From: Planctomycetota bacterium
GTDB taxonomy: Bacteria > Planctomycetota > GCA-002687715 > DRQF01
Length of the DNA stretch: 39,767 nucleotides
Reading direction: 5' to 3'
NCBI GenBank assembly: GCA_036479435.1
Contig: JAZGFI010000153.1
Location: forward strand, 1 to 39,767
Position numbers and translations under genes: made by a program. The number at the start of each line of letters is the position of its first letter. The stretch's first letter is position 1. This document shows positions 34,954 through 39,767 of this stretch, piece after piece. The notes below the pieces were generated by a model that was not told the origin of the DNA, searched no databases, and was given only the letters and a program-made list of their open reading frames with translations.

Positions 34954-34981
34954 TTGAAGCTCCCGCACCCCTCCCTATACT
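34954..34981 (+). promoter_or_regulatory. Sigma-70 promoter for the tRNA
   Basis: TTGAAG-16 nt-TATACT, 10 nt upstream of the tRNA. Confidence 0.65.
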
Positions 34982-34991
34982 TCGATTCCAT

Positions 34992-35065
34992 CGGGGCGTG
35001 GCTCAGCCTGGTAGAGCGCTACGTTCGGGACGTAGAGGCCGGTGGTTCGAATCCACTCGCCCCGA
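34992..35065 (+). tRNA. tRNA-Pro (anticodon CGG), CCA not encoded
   Basis: Acceptor CGGGGCG/CGCCCCG, D-arm GCTCAGCCTGGTAGAGC, anticodon arm CTACG-TTCGGGA-CGTAG, T-loop GGTTCGAATCC. Confidence 0.97.
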
Positions 35066-35072
35066 CTCAAAG

Positions 35073-35113
35073 AACCCTCGGCATCGCACTGACATGCGCG
35101 CCGAGGGTTTTTT
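35073..35113 (+). terminator. Terminator after tRNA-Pro
   Basis: AACCCTCGGC...GCCGAGGGTT-TTTT. Confidence 0.8.
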
Positions 35114-35218
35114 CACGCGAAGACCGGTTTGGCGTTTTACACCAAGAATTCCACCAAACGTCATCTTGCGCCGCCACTGTTCTCGGTTTCTCCCACACTG
35201 ATAAGGGGAGTACCTACG

Positions 35219-35398
35219 ATGACCAGAAAGCAAAGAAGCGGCATCTACTCGGTAGCCAAGAACGGCCGCACTTACTGGAACTTCAAAGCCAAGGATCCAG
35301 AGACCGGCGAGTGGTTTTGCCAGTCCGTTTCCAAGAAGGGCGACATCGCCAAGGCCGCGCCGACAGCGCATCGAAGGTCGAACAGATCACGGAGGTGA
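35219..35398 (+). pseudogene. Possible N-terminal arm-binding stub of a tyrosine integrase
   Basis: Strong RBS (AAGGGGAG); MTRKQRSGIYSVAKNGRTYWNFKAKDPETGEWFCQSV has the look of an arm-binding beta domain; first ORF after the tRNA. No catalytic domain is present. Confidence 0.45.
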
Positions 35399-35401
35399 AT
35401 C

Positions 35402-35689
35402 ATGACCCGGCAGGCAAAGATCACACTAATGCTGGCAATCACTGCGATGGTCGTTCCTTTCCTCGGCTTGGCGTTTTGCTCGATGCAGAAGAGCGCCAGC
35501 GCGAAAAGAAGGCTCGGGTTTAGCGTTTCAAAGAGGAAGGGCGGAAGTGCCGTCAGGAACTCCAGGACGGCTTTAGGGGCTCAGAGTTCATGCAGCGAGC
35601 TCGCCAAGTCGTCGGCCCCTACGTCGCCAGCAAGGGATGTCCCCAAACTGGTCCGTGGCGTTAGGGATACCGGCAGGCTGAGCTGGTGA
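35402..35689 (+). CDS. Hypothetical membrane-anchored protein or fragment
   Basis: GGAGGT RBS and a hydrophobic N-terminal helix. Confidence 0.35.
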   Translation: MTRQAKITLMLAITAMVVPFLGLAFCSMQKSASAKRRLGFSVSKRKGGSAVRNSRTALGAQSSCSELAKSSAPTSPARDVPKLVRGVRDTGRLSW

Positions 35690-36114
35690 TCGAGCGGCGC
35701 GGCTACCCCAGAGCCGAGAGCGCAGTGATGCACCGAATGAGCCAGCCCGATCAAACCGGGAGGTACGGACGGCTGCGACGCCGTGCGGCCGGATTGGAGG
35801 TCTTCGATTCGGAGGCCTATGCCCTCAGAATGAAGTGGGAACGTTACGGAATGATGGAGACTTTGATGCTGCACCTCGAAAAGGAGGGCGAGCTTAGCGA
35901 CTTCCTCGATCGGTACCAGCGAGAGTAGCACGGGCCCGTAAGGGACCGGGAAATGGCGCTCCGGCGTCGACACCGCTGCATGACCAACTGGCTTGCCCAG
36001 TCAACGCCGACGTGTGACGGCCCAATCCAGTTCGACGACTCGATTTGGACCGAGTACGTCGACATTAGAGTCGGGGCCGCGAGGCACCGCCTCGCTTTCT
36101 ATTTCGAGACCGCG

Positions 36115-36399
36115 ATGTTCGACATCCAGATTGAAAACGTCATGCCCCTCGCCAAGGCCGCCGCCTTTGTCGGCAAGCTCAAGAACAAGAAGGTCCACAC
36201 CTCGACGATCTACAGGTGGATCAAAGTCGTAAGGAAAGGCTGCCGCCTCGAATGCATCTCCGTCGGTGGAACAATGTGCACGTCAGTCGAGGCTCTCCCG
36301 AGGTTCTTTGGGGAACTCAAGCGGCTGGAGCTGCCACAGGTGCCGAGGGTGACGGCAGATGAAGGACGTAGAGCGGAAACTGAACCGATTGAAGGCTGA
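36115..36399 (+). CDS. DUF1580 HTH (excisionase-like) protein
   Basis: ENVMPLAKAA...KVHTSTIYRWIKVVRKGCRLECISVGGTMCTSVEALPRFF, typical of planctomycete mobile elements. Confidence 0.8.
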   Translation: MFDIQIENVMPLAKAAAFVGKLKNKKVHTSTIYRWIKVVRKGCRLECISVGGTMCTSVEALPRFFGELKRLELPQVPRVTADEGRRAETEPIEG

Positions 36400-36414
36400 A
36401 CTGTTCCGGGCCAG

Positions 36415-37316
36415 TCACAGGCTTGTCAGGTACTCCACGACCTGTCGTTCATCCCATGGCAGGGAATGAGCTGGGTCGGCAATCACGTGCTCTGGCGCGG
36501 CATCCTTCAGTTCGGACTCGTCCTTCGCCGTGAACACGAGAAGCACGTACCCATCTCGGTGCTTGCCGGCCGCCCGACGTCAGCTTGATCCGAGTCTTGG
36601 TGCTCCTCCTGCCTTTGACCTCGTACCTCGTCTCATCGGTCTCGATGTCCCACCCGACGCAAAGGTGCGCGACGTCTTTGACGCGCTTCTTCGTGGTTTC
36701 CCTGACCCACTCAATGGCACGAAGTTCCGCCAGCTGCCCCCACTCCGAATCCGGGCTGGCGGAAGGCCTGGCTTCTTGTTCCTCATTACGCGGACGGCAT
36801 TGCCTGGTTGTCTCCGGATCTTGTCGATGTACTTGATGATCGCAGGGGCACCGGCTTCGATACGCGACACCGTCTGAATACCGCCGACCCGTGCAACACC
36901 GCCAGCGAGCTCACCGAGTTCAGCTGGAGTGAGCGCACCGTACCACTTCACGCTCCGGCGAAGTCGAAACGGGCAGCCGTCACGCGGACGGGGAACATAG
37001 TCCAACTCGCCGTCAATAACGCCGAGGTAGACCACCGCACCCTGGCTGTCGGGGGCAAGGACGTAATCCCCCTCGTTGATACGCGAGCAATAAGCCCAGA
37101 TCGAGGACGCGGCGGACGTCAGTTCTTTCGGGTACTTCGAGTAGTCAGGCCACGTTCGAAGGATGGATGCCCTAACGTCGTCGCGAGAAGCTGCCTCTCG
37201 AAGGTCGCCTACATCTTCCCAACCGATCGCGGCGTAGCCGTTCTTCCGGCAAGTGACGGCGATTCATCTTCAGCGCCTGGTCGTCGCAGAAAGACCTTCC
37301 AGAGAGTGGCAGCCAT
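36415..37316 (-). pseudogene. Restriction-type nuclease: COG4127/Mrr-associated N-terminal domain fused to DUF3883 (NOV_C), with three lesions
   Basis: RBS AGGAAGGA plus ATG 37316 (MAATLWKVFLRR); then NGYAAIGWEDVGDL...GDYVLAPD...YLGVIDGE...RRSVKW; then ELRAIEWV...VKDVAHLCVGWDIETDETRYEVKG...IKLT; then RAAGKHRDGYVLLV...EYLTSL*. Confidence 0.75.
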
Positions 37317-37526
37317 TTGGTCCTTCCTATTTCACCGCTGTCTCGACAGCTTGCGCAAGACCATGCGTTCTGTGACAAGTACTTGGTGCTGTGCTTCCTG
37401 TTTTTCGAAAAGCCACTCGACGGCGCTATGGTGAAAAAGGCAACACAAGATTATCGTCAGAAACAACTTAGAGAACGCCAATGGTGTCCCTCGAGAACTC
37501 CAACTTGAAGATGTTCCAAGAAATTA

Positions 37527-37541
37527 TTACCTATTAGGTAA
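37527..37541. promoter_or_regulatory. Putative HigA operator palindrome
   Basis: TTACCTA-T-TAGGTAA, about 25 nt upstream of higB and downstream of a TTGAAG -35 at 37505. Confidence 0.65.
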
Positions 37542-37565
37542 GGATGGTCAGGGCGAGGAGTCGAT

Positions 37566-37904
37566 GTGAAGATCGAATTCGGCGATCGGAAGCTTGAGAA
37601 GAGGTGCGCCTCGGAGGCGACACGCTTGAGAGCTTTTGGCAAAGTCCGCGCCAAGAAACTTGCAATCAGACTCACCTCGCTGGAGGCAGCTGAGATCCTG
37701 GGAGACCTCCGAAATGTCCCAGGTCGTTTCCATGAACTGACGGGCGACCTTGACGGAGAGCTCGCCGCTGACTTGGACCACCCATACCGCCTCATTTTCG
37801 AGCCGGCGATACCAGACCATGCCGAGGCTGCCCACGCAGATGGCCTCGCCTGGTCACTGATCAAGCACGTACGAATCCTCCGGATCGAGGACTATCATGA
37901 CTAA
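37566..37904 (+). CDS. higB: HigB/RelE-family toxin (plasmid maintenance system killer type)
   Basis: MKIEFGDRKLEK...PGRFHELTGDLDGELAADLDHPYRLIFEP...RIEDYHD; GAGGAG RBS. Confidence 0.88.
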   Translation: MKIEFGDRKLEKRCASEATRLRAFGKVRAKKLAIRLTSLEAAEILGDLRNVPGRFHELTGDLDGELAADLDHPYRLIFEPAIPDHAEAAHADGLAWSLIKHVRILRIEDYHD

Positions 37905-39000
37905 GCCATCACCAACCACAATCCAAGATCTCTCGCCGCCAGGCGACATCCTCGAAGAAGCTCTCGAAGATCGAGGAATGTCGAATGCCGAACTCTCGAG
38001 ACGAACGGGTCTCAGTGAGAAGCACATCAGCCAGTTGATCAACGCGAAGGTTCCACTCTCCATGGAGGTTGCGCTCCAACTTGAGCAAGTCCTGGGAGTC
38101 CCTGCTCGATTCTGGGCGGCCCTCGACTTCAATTACCGAAGCGAACAGAGGCGAAGAGAACAAAACGAGACTCTGAAGGACTCTGCTTCATGGATGCGTC
38201 AATTCCCCGTGGGAGAGATGATCAAATTGGGTTTCCTGCCTGATGTCGGACGAGCGGCAACTGATCGCGTACATGCTCTTCTCCGATTCTTTGGTGTGAC
38301 ATCGGAAGGAACTTGGGAGAACCAGTGGGATTCGGTCACGGCACGTTTTAGACAATCACCAGCGTTCAATCCGGATCGTTGCGCTTTGATCGCTTGGCTC
38401 CGCCAATCAGAGCTCCAAGCGCAAGAAATTCGATCCGCACCGTTCGACGAAAAGAAATTCAGAGCAGCGCTCTCCGAAATCAGGAAACTGACAACCACGG
38501 GGCCACGGGAATTTCAGCCGGCGCTGAGATCGCTCTGCGCACGCGCTGGGGTCGCGGTGACCATGGTTCCCGCGATTCCAAAGCTCGCAATTAGTGGCGT
38601 TACCCGCTGGCTCGGTTCTGATCGCGCTGCGATTCATCTCAGCCTTCGCCACCGCACCAATGACCAGCTGTGGTTCAGCTTCTTCCACGAAGCGTGCCAC
38701 GTATTGGAACACCGCACGCGCACGATCTTCATCGACTCGAAACAGGACCCGAACGAAGATGAGGATGAGCAGCGAGCGAATGAGTTTGCCCGGGATTTTC
38801 TGATTCCGCCGGACGTCTTTGCCGTGTTTGTCGCAAGAGGCCGCTTTGATCAAACCAGTATTACACGGTTTGCTAAGGCGACTGACATCGCACCCGGCAT
38901 AGTCGTGGGTAGGTTGCAGCACGAAGGGCACCTCCTCCACAACCAATGCAACAAGCTCAAGGTTCGTTTCGTCTGGAGCCACGAGGCCGATGACAAGTAG
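37897..39000 (+). CDS. higA: HigA-family antitoxin: XRE HTH fused to an ImmA/IrrE-type Zn-peptidase-like domain
   Basis: PPGDILEEALEDRGMSNAELSRRTGLSEKHISQLIN; WFSFFHEACHVL (HExxH); EQRANEFA. Confidence 0.9.
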   Translation: MTKPSPTTIQDLSPPGDILEEALEDRGMSNAELSRRTGLSEKHISQLINAKVPLSMEVALQLEQVLGVPARFWAALDFNYRSEQRRREQNETLKDSASWMRQFPVGEMIKLGFLPDVGRAATDRVHALLRFFGVTSEGTWENQWDSVTARFRQSPAFNPDRCALIAWLRQSELQAQEIRSAPFDEKKFRAALSEIRKLTTTGPREFQPALRSLCARAGVAVTMVPAIPKLAISGVTRWLGSDRAAIHLSLRHRTNDQLWFSFFHEACHVLEHRTRTIFIDSKQDPNEDEDEQRANEFARDFLIPPDVFAVFVARGRFDQTSITRFAKATDIAPGIVVGRLQHEGHLLHNQCNKLKVRFVWSHEADDK

Positions 39001-39479
39001 GTACGCGCTCGTGTCATTGGCTTGTCCAGCCACCGATCGAACCAGAGCGATGGCGTGTTAATCTAGCTGACAGTGTTGGTGCTCTTCTCGTATGGTGCTT
39101 TTGACCTGATCGCCAAAAAGGCTCCTGATCTCCTACTGCGTGTGAACATGACGATCAGATCATGGAGGCCCCGTCCATGCGATTTGAATACTAAAAGTGA
39201 TATCAAGCAAATGCGAGCGACCATAAGCTCGCTGAACTTCGGGACAGCGAGAAACGGTGGTGTAACTTCTCTTCTGTACTTTCCACTTCGGCCTCTCTTC
39301 TCAGCTGCGGGGCCCCGAGTGATGGCGAAGCCATTGCTTGGGCGCAGCCTGCATTTAGGCCCCCCAGTTCCATGCCCGTTTCGGGCATGGAATGAAGTTT
39401 GAGCCGAAGGAGCGAGCCATTTCCTGTCTCTTGCCAGTAGCCCCTAGCGATGAATGTGGGATGCCGAGCTGGCCGTGAC

Positions 39480-39665
39480 TTAGAGGATGATGAAGCGGTG
39501 GGAGTCAGCGCTTCCAACATTGATGAGGTTGATTCCTGGATCAATCACCAAGAGCGAAAAGATCGCTGAGAGCCCCATGCCGGTGAGCGATGTCGGTACC
39601 GTGCCTCCGAAGATTGCAGATGGAAGGCCAACTCCTTGAACTAGGCCTCGAACAAGCGAGCATTT
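39480..39665 (-). pseudogene. Remnant C-terminal module of a secreted protein
   Basis: A frame lacking an upstream start reads GGTVPTSLTGMGLSAIFSLLVIDPGINLINVGSADSHRFIIL*. Confidence 0.35.
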
Positions 39666-39767
39666 TTACTTTGGGTGCGTGACGACAAGGATTGCCGTCG
39701 AGGCGTAACGCGTCTGCATTACGTTGAAATCGGTCGGGTTCCATTTATCACGTTTGTGGCTCCTTTC

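Larger units (their letters stand above)
35120..39767. mobile_element. Decayed genomic island adjacent to tRNA-Pro (right boundary not seen)
   Basis: Possible integrase N-terminal stub, DUF1580 gene, nuclease pseudogene, TA module, short broken ORFs and altered composition. Confidence 0.7.

Noticed and set aside
34028..34957. 309-aa plus-strand ORF and the many other antisense ORFs in the track
   Set aside because: Shadow frames of well-supported genes, with Arg/Pro/His-rich, motif-free translations.
39073..39744. ORFs 39073..39402, 39203..39544 and 39541..39744 as genes
   Set aside because: No recognisable motifs; they overlap one another and look like decayed sequence.
1..39767. CRISPR array, cas genes or rRNA
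   Set aside because: No regularly spaced direct repeats, cas motifs or rRNA-like sequence were seen.

Overview
GC-rich bacterial window, most likely Planctomycetota (DUF1580 HTH gene, PDZ+DUF6288-like protein, EF-P with a PGNW tip, membrane Ser/Thr kinase). The core genes are a PDZ/alpha-barrel protein, a Ser/Thr kinase, a sigma-70 factor, kynA, an OYE-TetR-hcrCAB-like Mo-enzyme cluster, an SbcD/YhaO-YhaN pair, bacilliredoxin, a CobW-desaturase-agmatinase-DUF4011/DUF3320 helicase run, efp, a frameshifted two-component system and tRNA-Pro(CGG). A decayed island follows the tRNA, with a possible integrase stub, DUF1580, a restriction-nuclease pseudogene and higBA. The most interesting signals are non-coding. 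(1) A family of ~60-95 bp palindromic elements (AAACCG-N7-GGYGTCAG...TTCTCCC...TAGGTC[A/T]GACCTAA...) occurs four times. (2) The window starts with the 3' end (domains V-VI) of a group II intron that ends exactly inside one copy. (3) The other three copies separate foreign or decayed genes in a cassette-like array at 14.1-16.7 kb. (4) DNA flanking these sites shows strong oriented C/A strand skew. (5) A candidate ~125-nt CU-rich sRNA with a sigma-28-like promoter and its own terminator lies at 5864-5990. All calls were made by eye from motifs; no searches were run.
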